DNA of 63,882 nucleotides, filler included, from Octopus bimaculoides (GCF_001194135.2; 6 parts of 6 records of this genome joined end to end with filler, not necessarily neighbours in it); one strand, 5' to 3'; positions 24,970 to 37,834 are shown, counted from the whole stretch's first letter. Made by a program: numbers and translations. Notes: generated by a model from the letters alone, not told the origin.

Positions 24970-26150
24970 TATAATAATCCTTTTTTACCATAAGCGCAAG
25001 GCCTGAAATATTGGGTTGAAGCAAGGTGCTTACATCAACCCCAGCGTTAAACTGGTACTTATTTTATCTTCTTGAAAGAATAAAAGACAAAGCTGACTGT
25101 GGTGGAATTTGAACTCAGATCATAAAGACAACTGAAATGCTGATAAACAATTTGTCCAGTGTGCTAACAATTCCGCCAGTTCCCTACCTTAATAACAACA
25201 GCAAGAGCGCTCAGAGAGTGCACACCTCCACCAAGGCAACACTAACGTCCTCTCAATGATTAACCAGATATGATTTTTAAAATGAGAATATCTGAAATAA
25301 ACTCAACAGCTCTCACAAATGAAAATACTAAAAATGAACCGGACCGCTCTCAAAAATTAAGTACAAAAACAGGAAAAATAATCCAGAATCCTTGTCTGGT
25401 ACCAGATTGATCCCAAAATCTAATTAGTTCGTGCCAGTCACGAGGCCAAACATCCTTGAAAGTTTCATCTGAATTCATCTGGCGGTTCTTGAGATATCTT
25501 GTCCACAGACAAACAAACAAACAAACACGACTGAAAACAATACCTCTGCCTTCGCTAAGGCAGAGGTAATAATTCTTTTTTTTTTACCATAAGCACTGAA
25601 ATATTGGGATGGGGTAAGTGGATTACATCAACCCCAGCGTTAAACTGGTACTTATTTTTATCTCCTTGAAAGAATGAAAGGCAAATTTGACTTCCACAGA
25701 ATTTGAACTTGGATCAAAAGACAAATTTTTCTAAACAATTTTTCCAGTGTGCTAACAATTCCGCCAGTTCCCTATCTTAATAATAATAATATTGGTTTCA
25801 GGTTTTGGCACAAGGTCAGCAATTTCAGTGTTCATCTGGCACTTATTTTATCGACCCTGAAAGGATGAAAAGCAAAGTTGACCTTGGCGGAATTTGAACT
25901 CGGAACATAAACACGGACAAAACGCCACTAAGCATTTTGCCCTGCATGCTAATGATTCTGCTAGCAAGTTCAGGGGATAAGCCAATTACATCAACCCCAG
26001 TACATGACTGGCACTTATTTTATCGACCCTGAAAGGACAAAAGGCAAAGTCAACTTTGGCAGAATTTGAATTCAGAACATAAAGACAAAAAAAAAAAAAA
26101 ATAATGCCACTAAACATTTTGCCCAGCAAGCTAATGATTCTACCAGCTCC
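24970..26150 (-). mobile_element. Cluster of four head-to-tail family B SINE copies, with a HINE-like insert between copies 1 and 2
   Basis: A ~200-bp unit (..actggtacttattttatc..aaggcaaagttgac..ggaatttgaactc..gctaacaattccgccag) recurs at about 24975, 25575, 25795 and 25970. Confidence 0.75.
25202..25569. mobile_element. About 370-bp non-autonomous element (Helentron/HINE-like), copy 2
   Basis: Perfect 12-bp terminal hairpin tacctctgcctt-cgct-aaggcagaggta (25541-25568), a subterminal partial copy acctccaccaaggc near the other end, and (AAAC)n before the hairpin. Confidence 0.6.
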
Positions 26151-26510
26151 TCCACCTAGCAAAATGTGGTGGTGGGAGGTAGTAATTTACAGTGACCCCA
26201 TTTTAGATAAATCAATGTCCAATTACATTTTTTTTTTTGCTTTGCTGTTTAAGATTGTCTTCATAAGGTCCGACAAGAAATGATCATTGCCTCTACTACA
26301 CAGATTTTGTTATCTTAACAAGTAGATAATGAATTCTATCAAAAACTGAAGGGTTATCTGCTAGGCTGGTTAGAGTAGCTTAATATAGTAAAAATATTCA
26401 TTTGAAACAATATGAATGAAAGAGAAAATGTCATTCTGAAAAAATAAGAACCAATAAATTGAAGAATTCTACAGCAGTTGTTATTTTTATCCCAGGCCAA
26501 ACCTGATTAA

Positions 26511-26728
26511 CCCTTTCGTTACCAACCTGGCTGAAACCAGCTCTGACTCTGTAGTACAAAGGTCTTGTTTTCCTAAGTTTTGAATTAAAATCTTCCACCA
26601 AACTTTGGTCACAATTTATGTCCCTAACACTAGCTGAATGATAACTTATTTTACTAAATTCTTTGCTATATTTAAAATTAATTGAAAGAAACACAGAGCA
26701 TCTCAACAGAAATACAGTAATGAAAGGG
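26511..26728. mobile_element. piggyBac-like MITE, 218 bp
   Basis: TTAA|CCCTTTCGTTAC ... GTAATGAAAGGG|TTAA: 11/12 TIR match with a perfect TTAA duplication. Confidence 0.85.
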
Positions 26729-27779
26729 TTAATTAGGCTCATGAGCAAAAGATATTCCAGCTCTGACCATCCTACTTATTTTCAGAGATATATCTAGGAC
26801 CTCTATGCCCATCTTTAACCCTCTACCCTACCTCTACACCCATCTTTAACACTCTCCTCTCACACACTTATGGAATTACCCTCCCCCCTCTCCCAACCTG
26901 CAGTCTATATCCTTTTTTTTGTTCCCCATTTTGTACCTTGAAATTTCACTCTGGCATCTCATCTCCACCATCTCCATTTTCTTTCCACTTACTCCTATTC
27001 ATCATCATCATCGTTGTCGTTTAACGTCCGCTTTCCATGCTGGCATGGGTTGGATGGTTTGACTGATAGCAAGATATAAATCCCAGGATTGGTAGAACCA
27101 ATATTACAGTATTTGATGGTCTAAAAGACACAAAGGAATATTAGATGCACCCCCAAATGTTCAAGAAAAAAAATTTAGTGCATTAAAAGTTGAGTTCAAG
27201 AGAGAAGTCCAAAATTCCAAATATTAATTCTCTAGTTAAATGTTTTTGGATAATTTACATGGCAGAGATGTCCCAGATGCCATATTTGAAGAAAAATCTA
27301 CTTTCCACAACACAGACTAATGATAAACAGGCTTTAAATTTGCTATTTACTGCCTGCTTCTATTATTTGTAACTTCTCAATAAATCCAGACGTGTCTTGA
27401 TATTTTTGGGTAAACTAGGCCACAAACATCGGTAAAATTCCTTGTAGCAGGGCTTTGCCACTTCATTATTCTTTGCTTTTGCAAACGTTTTAGCATGTTG
27501 TACATCAACTGGAATGGAATATCAGCCGAGCAAATACAAACACATTCCTTTGAGTTGTTCTATCTTAACAGTCATACATTGGTTTTATTATTCTATTTAT
27601 ATCAATGGCCAGGTATTCAAGGTGAACAACAGTTCTCTCACCTGTTTGTGTTTGTTCAGGCTCTTTGAAAGCCATTGTTTTATCATTCTGTTCCAAGACT
27701 AAATATTTTAATACACTAACAGATAAATCATAAAGAGAAAGGATGGTGTTTGTGTCTGCTTGGCAAACTGATCCTGTTA

Positions 27780-28240
27780 ATATCATAAAGCACCAGTGCT
27801 GGCACCACATGAACCAGCACCGGTCCTAGTGCCAGATATATAGCACCCAATACACTCTGTAAAGTGGTTGGCATTAGGAAGGGCATCCAGCTATAGAACC
27901 CATACCAAAACAGACAGCTGGAACCTGTTGCAGCTCTCCAGCCATACCAGTTCCTGTCAAATTGTCCATCCGTGCCAGCATAGAAAACAGATGATGTATC
28001 ATCATTATCATTGTTTTAATGTCCACTTTCTGTGCAACCATGGGTTGAACTGAGTTTACTGAGGCAGATTTTTTGTAACCAGATGCTCTTCCAGTCACCA
28101 ACCCTTACCTGTTTCCAAGCAAGGTAATACTTCCCCATGGTCAAACATGACTTCACAGAATATTGGAGATGAATGAATACTGCCTGTATGATGGAGACAT
28201 TTACAAACACCATGTGATGTCAAGACAAAGAAACAAACAC
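27780..28240. mobile_element. Two (GAT)n-tailed retroelement ends meeting tail-to-tail
   Basis: A plus-strand RTE-like UTR ends gatgatgtat. It is immediately followed by catcattatcat and a minus-strand element also seen at about 19790-20060. Confidence 0.6.
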
Positions 28241-28335
28241 ACACACATACATATATAGATAGACAAAAAAGGTAGACTTCAATATTAGGAAATAGAGAAC
28301 TATATTCATTGAATGATACAATTATAGAGACTTAC

Positions 28336-28396
28336 ATAAAGGACTTTGAGTTTCTGCATCAACATTAAGATGACCACAGCATTTCTTCAGCTGTTG
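28336..28396 (-). ncRNA. Degenerate type I hammerhead motif (same repeat family as 40098-40162)
   Basis: Minus strand reads aacag CTGAAGA aatgc..tgca GAAAC tcaaa GTC cttt. Flanking sequence at 28260-28345 aligns with 40010-40110. Confidence 0.5.
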
Positions 28397-28684
28397 CAAG
28401 ATTTGAAGTGCAGTGACCTAGAATTGTTCACACAAACTTGAAGTACTGTATGTGAGCCTCTATAACTACCATTCTCATTCCCTCTCTCTCTCTCTATATA
28501 TATATATTTTTCTTTGTGGTTGCGTCGTTGATGACCTATTGGATGTCCACCAGCATATTGGATGTCCACCTCATGGTCATCCCTTCTTATATGCATGTAA
28601 TACAATTTTTCTGAATTATCAGGTTTTTTTATATGCTAGACTACTGGTCTTAAATTGAAATTAATATTCAATTTATCACCCTCA

Positions 28685-28717
<33 letters not shown>

Positions 28718-29146
28718 NNNNNNNNNNNNNNNNNNNNNNNNNNNNNNNNNNNNNNNNNNNNNNNNNNNNNNNNNNNNNNNNNNNNNNNNNNNNNNNNNNN
28801 NNNNNNNNNNNNNNNNNNNNNNNNNNNNNNNNNNNNNNNNNNNNNNNNNNNNNNNNNNNNNNNNNNNNNNNNNNNNNNNNNACTTATTCTATCAGTCACT
28901 TTTGCTGAACTGCCAAGTTCAAGGGATGTAAAAAAACAGACACTAGTTATCAAGCAGTAGTCGGGGACAAACATAAACACACACACGTCACAAGCTTCTT
29001 TAAATTTCCATCTACCAAATCCACTCACAAGGCTTTGGTTGACCTGAGGCTATAGTAGAAGGCACTTGCCCAAAGTGCCATGCAGTGGAACTGAACCTAG
29101 ACTATGTGCTTGAGAAGCAAACTTCTTACCACACAGCCACGCCAGC

Positions 29147-29195
<49 letters not shown>

Positions 29196-30337
29196 GTGAA
29201 TCCAAACAAAGAAGAATAGACAAGAAAAAAACAATAACCCGAGGACGTGGTACAAGCAATGTATTATCAGGCGCTCAGGGAAGAAGGAAAGACACACATA
29301 CATACACACCCACATACAATAGGCTTTTCTCAGTTCAATACGTTTACCTCATAGTTACTGTTATTCAATATGTGTATTAAATGAGTAAAAACAAATTTTC
29401 AATAACAAATGTATGTGTGTGTGGATCTTTATCATTTACTTGCTTTAGTTGTTCGAATGTGGCCATGCTGGGGCACCACCTTGAAGGGTTTAGATGAACA
29501 GATCGATCTCGGGACTTATTTTTAAAACTTGGTACTTATTCTGCCAGTCTCTTTTCGTCGAACCGCTAAGTTACAGGAACATAAACAAACCAACATCATT
29601 TGTCAAGTGGTGGGGGTAGACAAAAATCAACACACATATGTATTCGACGGGTTTCCACACAGTTTCCTTCAACCAAATTCATTCACGAGACATTGGTTAG
29701 TCAGGGGCTGCAGTAAAATGCCCAAAATATTGCGCAGTGGGACTGAACCTGAAACCACACCGTTGCAAAATGAGCTTCTTAACCACCCAGCCAAGTCTCT
29801 GTCTATACACATACAAGTGTCTATAGACATACGAATGAATGCAGTCACACATCTTTTCTCTCATGTATATCACAAAACAACTATTATAGACACACACATA
29901 CATGTTCACATACAAACGTACATACACAACTCCATCTATCTACCAATACTTAAATATGAGACGAAGAGTCTTTGAGGTTCGTCTAGAATATACCAAACTG
30001 TATGGTGGAAGCCAAAAAAATCTGTTGTAAATTGTCTGTTTTATAGACAATCTACAACAGCCCCTTCGCAATCGAACTGTGACCTCTCTGGTTTTGTTTA
30101 CTACTACAGTAATAATACCCTTTGCTCTTTTGAACCTAATGGCATTACGCAAAATCCAATTTCTTCTTGGAACCCCCACACTACCAAAGGACTAACCTTG
30201 TCATAAACATATCGCCCAAGCCCTACCCCCTCCACCAAATGCATCCTTACGAAACGCCCACCTCGTTCATGTCTTAACTCCCAATCCAATAATCTATAAC
30301 CTATAAAATAGCTATAAACATTCAAAGTTCACTGCAC

Positions 30338-30373
<36 letters not shown>

Positions 30374-30522
30374 ATACGAGTGTGTGTGTTCCGGGAACAA
30401 GTTCAAAGAACCTCTGTGGGGGTACTTAAAATAAATAACTCAAAGATAAGCCTAAGAGTGAATAAACATTTAATCCATAATCATAATAAAACATTTTGTC
30501 CAAGTAGGATTACGGGTACAGG

Positions 30523-30561
<39 letters not shown>

Positions 30562-30649
30562 CTAAGAGAATTTTTTTAATGCAACGGATGCAACTGTCCG
30601 TACCTCTTCTCCGAACTAACAAGTAATTAATAAAATATGTGTGCGTGTG

Positions 30650-30687
<38 letters not shown>

Positions 30688-31285
30688 ATAAATGAGTGGT
30701 TAAACAACTTAGATTATGAAAACCAGTCATCACATCAATAAAATAACGATCTTCACACAGAAACAGCAATTGTAATAATTTATGACATACATACACATAC
30801 ACACACAGTTGATCAAAGAACTTGCATGCAGTAAAAGAGATGAGGTTTCGCATTGAAAAGGAACAAGCAATCAAAGGGAAGATTTGCAGAATTTCAACAA
30901 TACATTTTTCCGAACTGGGTTAGACATTTCATTCTCTAAGAACAACAGCCGTTCCTATTGCAACTTACACACACACACACATTAATTCTGTTTCATTATC
31001 TCTCTCTTTCTTTCTTGTACAAAAGAAACAGTAATCTGATAGAGACTCCGATATATACGGTTCGTCTCAAATTATTAATTAAAAAAGAAAAAATATATAT
31101 ATATATATATATATAAAATGTGGATTTAAGTGTGTTAAGGTATTGATAACTAGGGTTTTTAATTTTTAATTCTGAAATATATTTTAAGGATGGTCTTTCA
31201 TTAATACTAAACTGAACAATTCCAAAGAAACAGCTCTTATAGAAACACGCACAGACCCACCTATCCACATAACATATGTACGTGA

Positions 31286-31318
<33 letters not shown>

Positions 31319-31320
31319 TA

Positions 31321-31351
<31 letters not shown>

Positions 31352-31741
31352 TTAATATTAATATGCTTGTTTGTGTATACGTCACACCCCTATCACTGTT
31401 ATGTCTAATGTTATATTTTATTGTGCTTCCAGCCAATTATACGAATGTCAAGGATATTGACAACGTCAGTAAATGAAGACGATAACAATTATTGTTGTTG
31501 TTGTTGTTGTAGAGCATTGGACCCATTTATAAGAAAGAATTGATACAAGCGATTCAATGATCCAAAATATATAATAAGCATTACATACACCAATATTCAT
31601 AACAAACAGAGGCTTCGTTTTCATTTTTCGTTATGTGTGTGTATATGTATGCGTGTTTTCCTTCAACTACACACACACACGCGCGTATAGATAATATGTA
31701 TATGTTCTCTATATAAGTGCGTGAATATATATATATATATA

Positions 31742-31841
31742 NNNNNNNNNNNNNNNNNNNNNNNNNNNNNNNNNNNNNNNNNNNNTTAATTAATTAANNN
31801 NNNNNNNNNNNNNNNNNNNNNNNNNNNNNNNNNNNNNNNNN
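31742..31841. other. Scaffolding linker N44-TTAATTAATTAA-N44 (also 35360-35459, 46650-46749, 53065-53164, 58278-58377)
   Basis: The same 100-bp format occurs five times, and the 12-mer gives stops in all six frames. Confidence 0.92.
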
Positions 31842-32065
31842 ACAGCTTGATGTCTCTGTAATTATTAGTATCTAAAGCGTCACCTTTACCTTTGTAGCAG
31901 TTTACTACGGTGCTGCTACACCAGTCATTGGGTATGACTCCTTCGTGTATCACCTGGTTCATAATATGGGTGACTAGGCTGTAGCCAACACTGCCAGATA
32001 TTTTGAGCATCTCTGCAGTGATTCCTGATGGGCCGGGGGCTTTCCCTGTCTTCATACTCTTAATT
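31842..32065 (-). mobile_element. RTE LINE RT N-terminal fragment
   Basis: AIKSMKTGKAPGPSGITAEMLK..IPNDWCSS..YKGKGDALDTNNYRDIKL. Confidence 0.9.
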
Positions 32066-32270
32066 GCTTTAAAATATACACACACACACATATAATATGT
32101 TAGAACTTACTCACAAGGTACTGGAATCTTATATGTATACCATTCTCCCTAAATATTAGAACTACAGATGCAATATCCCTGCATATCTCATGTCTATTTT
32201 CATTCCTCCACTTCATTCTCTATTTCATATCGTATTTAGAATAACTATTGCTTAACTATTTTCTCACACC

Positions 32271-32318
32271 GTCTCCGATGAAGGGATATATAAAATATCC
32301 CGGAAACAGCTGTAAGAC
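32271..32318 (+). ncRNA. Minimal type I hammerhead motif in a Penelope-like terminal repeat fragment (about 32100-32390)
   Basis: Stem I gtct/agac, core CCGATGA (U4C variant), stem II gggatat-ataaa-atatccc (7 bp), GAAA, palindromic stem III ACAGCTGT, GUA triplet. Confidence 0.65.
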
Positions 32319-32548
32319 CTTCTATTTATAAATGTCCTGAAATCTTTCACGGCCTTGGATTTTTATCTCATTCTGAAAATGTTTATATATACATAGGCAC
32401 AGGAGTGGCTGTGTGGTAAATAGCTTGTAAATATCTTCTGGTTTCAGTCTCACTGCGTGGTACCTTGGTCAAGTGTCTTCTACTATACCTCAGACTGACC
32501 AAAGCCTTGTGAGTGGATTTGGTAGATGGAAACTGAAAGAAGCCCATC

Positions 32549-32627
<79 letters not shown>

Positions 32628-33949
32628 TATATGTTGTTTATAGTTTCAGCTTAGAGCTGTGGCCATTCTGTCTGCCTGTCTTTTTGTGCGCCTATAACTC
32701 AAGTATTGTTCATCTGATCGTGCTGAAATTTTAAACATGGATATATGAGAGAGCAGGGTGTACCATAATCTAAAAAGATTTTCAAAATTGTTGGTTTCAA
32801 AGTGAGAATTGCTATTTTGGTAATCTTTTTGTCCTGTTTGTGCCACCATTAAAAGCAACAAGTTTACTCAGACAACCGGCACATATCATTTCGCTAGCAA
32901 CAACGGGAGTACAGGATGACAGTCAGCCAAAACCGTCGCTATGCTGTCTTTCTTCTTTCCTCTCTCTGTCTCTCTTATGATGTCCAATTACACTTGAAGT
33001 TGTATATATATATATATTGTGTTAAGATTCGTTATCAATCAATTATCCTTATTGAGAAGAAACAGTCAAAAGTAACCACCACATACAATCATTAAACATC
33101 TCCACTACTTAACACCATCCAAGTTAATCCTCTTCACCTTTACAGCAGACATGAAAAACTACGAGGTAAAGGCAACCATTTTAATTAAGCAAAACAGAGA
33201 AAAAATTGATTGTTATTAAAACGTGTAAAATTTTAGGGTTAATAATCTTAATCTTTAGTTACAGTTTCTCATTCAAACTACATAATAGGCAGAATTGTCA
33301 GATTAAGACAGTAGGGTGTTTTGAGGGAGATTTGGCTGCTATTTCTAGCAGGTCTTCCTCATTGGCTCATACATACATATATACATAAAATCGAAATAAA
33401 ATACTTAAAGCAACAGGTGTCAAATACAAAAGCCAAGGTCCATGTAGTGTCATGGGCCAAAAAAATTTCTGTCTTGCCTAATGCGAGCTCCTACTATTTC
33501 AGTATTACGTCTCTATTGAGTGTGAAAGAAGTCTATCTTATATATATATATAATATATATATATTCCTTATGCATTCCAAAACCGAGTTACAGATTTTGA
33601 CGTATGGGGTATCAAAAAATTCAGTACTATTTCGGCTACAAATTAAACTTAATTTCCATTCATATATTTGCATTTCAAAAATTTTCCATAAATCAACTAT
33701 TGTAAACATTTTATAGGATGACGTCACATTTTCTATATGTGTGTGTACTTTAAAAGACATTAATCATCACAATACACATCTTCACTCACTCACTCTATCT
33801 CTCTCTCACACACATGCGATTGCACACACACACACACACACACATGTCCATTTCATATAGATGTACATACATCTTTTACTTTCTTTCTCTGTCCTTTTCG
33901 CTTTCTCTTCTTTCAATTTCTGCTCTCTTCCAATAAATTTTTATGGAAT

Positions 33950-34620
33950 GAGCCAGAGAAACACAGAAAAGACATAATCTCTGCAGAAACAAGTATAAAG
34001 CAAGGAGGATTGTAGAATACCGAAGGCAAGAGTTTGAAGAGAGAAGTGAGATGAGATTTTCTCAAGATCAGCAAATGTATGTTGCAGCACTTAATGCTGG
34101 ATCATTAAATCAATGTTTTAATGATTAGACAGAGGTCCAATAGAATAGCTCTCACAAATAGACTACATACAAATTCGTTCTTCACAACTCCTGAAGCTGT
34201 TTTCAGATATGATCCATCCCATTCTTATAAAAATGATAACTCCGTCCAAATTGGTATGCTAAACACAAATTGTCTTTTCTGTAGAGCTTTAAAATTTTCA
34301 AATGAAACAAATGGTATGTGCTGCTCAGGCAGTCAGGTAACATTGCCAGCACTACCAGCTCCTTCTCAACCTCTTATGGATCTGGTGGAAGGCACTTCCA
34401 TCCAGTAAAAGGATTTTCTGAGCAATGTCAGACAATATACAACTCTGCATTTCAAATGCCATCGTTTGGTGCATCTAAGAAGATAGATAAACATGAATTT
34501 ACACTGACATCAAAGTTCAAGGGCAAGTCTATCACCTCATTGATTCCCAGTTACCCACAAATGAACAACCACAGTTCCTCCAAATTTATTTTATGAGCGA
34601 TATAGGACAACAAACCCGAA
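33950..34620 (+). mobile_element. Helitron RepHel N-terminal remnant
   Basis: AVFRYDP..VQIGMLNTNCLFCRALKF.NETNGMCCSG.QV.LP (zinc-finger region), KDFLSNVRQY/NSAFQMPSFGA and KVQGQVYHLI..QFLQIYFM. One stop and frameshifts are present. Confidence 0.85.
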
Positions 34621-34683
34621 GGAGGTGTTAAAATTTCAGATGATGGGTCATGTTAGACACAGTGCTGACTGCTGCAAGAGAGA

Positions 34684-34764
34684 GTTATTTGATTTTTGAA
34701 CATATCGAAAAGCTGTCAGTGGATATCACTGACAGCTTTTCGATATGTTCAAAAATCAAATAAC
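34684..34764. repeat. Perfect inverted repeat, 38-bp arms, 5-nt spacer
   Basis: gttatttgatttttgaacatatcgaaaagctgtcagtg-gatat-cactgacagcttttcgatatgttcaaaaatcaaataac. Confidence 0.97.
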
Positions 34765-35032
34765 CCCCTATCCCCAATTTTCCCTAGCAGGTTAGGGCCT
34801 GAAATACTCCAAACAGACGCATAGCATGTTGCTTAGTCGAATTAGTCCATCATTTACTCCACAAATGTTTGGTTGTTAAGGCTGCACTTTCCCATGTCAC
34901 CTGTTTCAACATAACTGTAATATATTATATACAAGCTATGCCTGGAGCCTGGTGTTGCCATCTGGTTTCACCAGTCCTCAGTCAAATCGTCCAACCCATG
35001 CTAGCATGGAAAGCGGACGTTAAACGATGATG

Positions 35033-35063
<31 letters not shown>

Positions 35064-35157
35064 AAAGAAATAATTGAGATTCAGTTGAATTAGGTACATA
35101 AGTTGAAGCATCAAGTCAGTCCAGTATTATCTGCACAGCTCGAAGTAAGGTAAATAA

Positions 35158-35312
35158 AATCAAAATAAGCAACAGAATATCAAGTAGTGATGCAGTACAA
35201 CCGTTTCAAGTGGCTCCATTTAACTGAAGAATGATTGCATTGTTCAATTAAATGGAGCCGCTTGAAAAGGTCATCCTGCATCACTACTTGATATCCTGTT
35301 GCTTATTTTGAT

Positions 35313-35313
<1 letters not shown>
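35158..35313. repeat. 156-bp imperfect foldback (about 65-bp arms)
   Basis: aatcaaaataagcaacagaatatcaagtagtgatgcag.. pairs with ..ctgcatcactacttgatatcctgttgcttattttgatt, with few mismatches. Confidence 0.9.
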
Positions 35314-35348
<35 letters not shown>

Positions 35349-35482
35349 TGTATATATATNNNNNNNNNNNNNNNNNNNNNNNNNNNNNNNNNNNNNNNNN
35401 NNNTTAATTAATTAANNNNNNNNNNNNNNNNNNNNNNNNNNNNNNNNNNNNNNNNNNNNATGCATATACTCATTTACTATTT

Positions 35483-35545
<63 letters not shown>

Positions 35546-35689
35546 TATGTATGCCAATATATGCATTTATCCATGCATGCATGCATGTATGTATGCCAAT
35601 GTATGTATGTATGTATGTATGTATGTATGTTACCTTCCAGATATATTTCAACTCAAAAGATAACATATATATGAGCTAAAACTTTCATG

Positions 35690-35990
35690 AAGAGACCCAA
35701 CTCTCATTGATGTAGGCAGATCTAGAGAGGCATACCACGAAAAAATAATCCTCAATGACAGAACAAGCAGTTGAAGATCTATGATCTCAGCGGCGGAACA
35801 GGCGGATCTGGCGGAAGAGAGCGATACTAGACGGTCGAGCTGAGAAGGCGCAGCTCAAGTAAAACCTGGGATGACAGCAATCCGTTGCAGTTTAGTTGTC
35901 TGATACTGATATTACATTTCGGGTCTGTCGCAGAAGGTGTCTTCGTGCATAGTGCATGGGTCACTTCTTGGCAAGTTGCGACCTAACCCA
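35690..35990 (+). mobile_element. Possible old RTE LINE C-terminal remnant
   Basis: Degenerate EDL..RR..IWR and FRVCRRRC..H (CCHC-like); weak. Confidence 0.35.
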
Positions 35991-36088
35991 ATCAAAACCA
36001 CGTCACTGGTATTTCCTCATTGATCATTTTTCATGGAACTACAAAAAGGAAGTACTAGGAAACGAGGAAGAGCCGTCATACGACATAC

Positions 36089-36119
<31 letters not shown>

Positions 36120-37619
36120 TGTATGTATGTATGTATGTATGTATGCATGCATACACGCATGTATGTATGTAAGCATGTATACACACATATGCGTATACAT
36201 ACATATATATGTCCGCCACTACATTCCTCCATGGCAAGATTTAGTTTGTGTATACAAATTTAATTTGCGGTCCATGGGAAGAGCCATTTAAACGATGCGT
36301 CCTGCCCAGCTCTTCGAAACGCCGGTGTTAAAACGGGGGTAGCTGATGAAGTAGAATGTTCTCTATGTGGCTTGTGTGTTTTCTCGTCTANNNNNNNNNN
36401 NNNNNNNNNNNNNNNNNNNNNNNNNNNNNNNNNNNNNNNNNNNNNNNNNNNNNNNNNNNNNNNNNNNNNNNNNNNNNNNNNNNNNNNNNNNNNNNNNNNN
36501 NNNNNNNNNNNNNNNNNNNNNNNNNNNNNNNNNNNNNNNNNNNNNNNNNNNNNNNNNNNNNNNNNNNNNNNNNNNNNNNNNNNNNNNNNNNNNNNNNNNN
36601 NNNNNNNNNNNNNNNNNNNNNNNNNNNNNNNNNNNNNNNNNNNNNNNNNNNNNNNNNNNNNNNNNNNNNNNNNNNNNNNNNNNNNNNNNNNNNNNNNNNN
36701 NNNNNNNNNNNNNNNNNNNNNNNNNNNNNNNATGGAGGAAAATAACTTGTGGTATTTAGTTATCTTTATCTTCTAGGTTCAAATTCCACCAGAAGTTCAC
36801 TTTATCTTTCTTTCGTGTTCGATGAAATAGTACCACGCAAATAATGGAATCGATTAAATCGGCATTGTCCTTCCCTTAAAATATGTGGTCCGTAGCAGTG
36901 ATGGAATCATTCTTATCATTTTTGATAATTCATTTATTCGTTCATTTATCTTTTATCATTTTATCTGCGGCCATGCTGGGGCACCGTCTTGAAGTATTTT
37001 TATTCGAATGTATCGAGCCCCATACTTTTTTAGTTTGTTAAACTTGGTACCTATTCTATCTTTTTTTTCTTTTGTCGAACCGCTAAGTTACGGCGACGTA
37101 AACACACCAACACAGGTTGTCAAGCAGTGGTGGGGGACAAACACAGACACAAACACAAAGACACACACACATAGTGTAGACAGACAGACAGATATACAAC
37201 CAGTTTTAGTCTACATAATCCACTCACATGGCTTTAGTCACGCAGTGGGGCCGAACCCGAAAACATGTGGTTGGGAAGCAAAATTCTTACCACACAGCCA
37301 CACCTGCACCATTATTTATTTATTTTTGTATGTGTATAATCTAACTATTGTTATTTTTGAAGGGCGGTGGAGTATCAGAAATATTATGTAAATCTAAATG
37401 GCAAGAAAACATTTATAAGTGCATAGCTATTGCCTTGTTTACTAGTCTAACTGTAATGTCAGAATCCTGTTCTGATGTGCGTACAATCTATAGAGGGCAA
37501 ACGGGGTGGTAGATGGCAGACGTATAAGAGCACCGCACTATATATCTTGTGGAATTTTAGTCACACCTCTTTCTCTGTGTGCGCGTGTGTATATATATAT
37601 ATGAATGTGTGTGTGTATG

Positions 37620-37697
<78 letters not shown>

Positions 37698-37834
37698 CTC
37701 TCTCTCTCTCTCTCACACATACACAGAGGCACGCACACAAACGCACACACACAAACGCACACACACAAGCACAGGATAGTTTTTAGTTGCGTTGTAATCA
37801 ATCAACTTTACTTCAAAATTTTGATATATGAATA

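Noticed and set aside
27370-27720. Possible coding remnant on the minus strand (IPVDVQHAKTF..EFYRCLWP)
   Set aside because: Interrupted by stops and matches no motif I recognise.
28381-28460. Apparent acceptor ttcttcag and donor gtgag bracketing a small exon
   Set aside because: The frames contain stops or are uninformative, and the ttcttcag is explained by the minus-strand hammerhead core.
29950-30320. Possible Penelope GIY-YIG remnant (ETK/R.FEVRLE)
   Set aside because: Similarity is too short and degenerate to call.
36270-36352. gaagagc/gctcttc stem + GAAAC + downstream CTGATGA
   Set aside because: The core elements are not in a pairable hammerhead topology and no cleavage triplet fits; the adjacent gap prevents further assessment.
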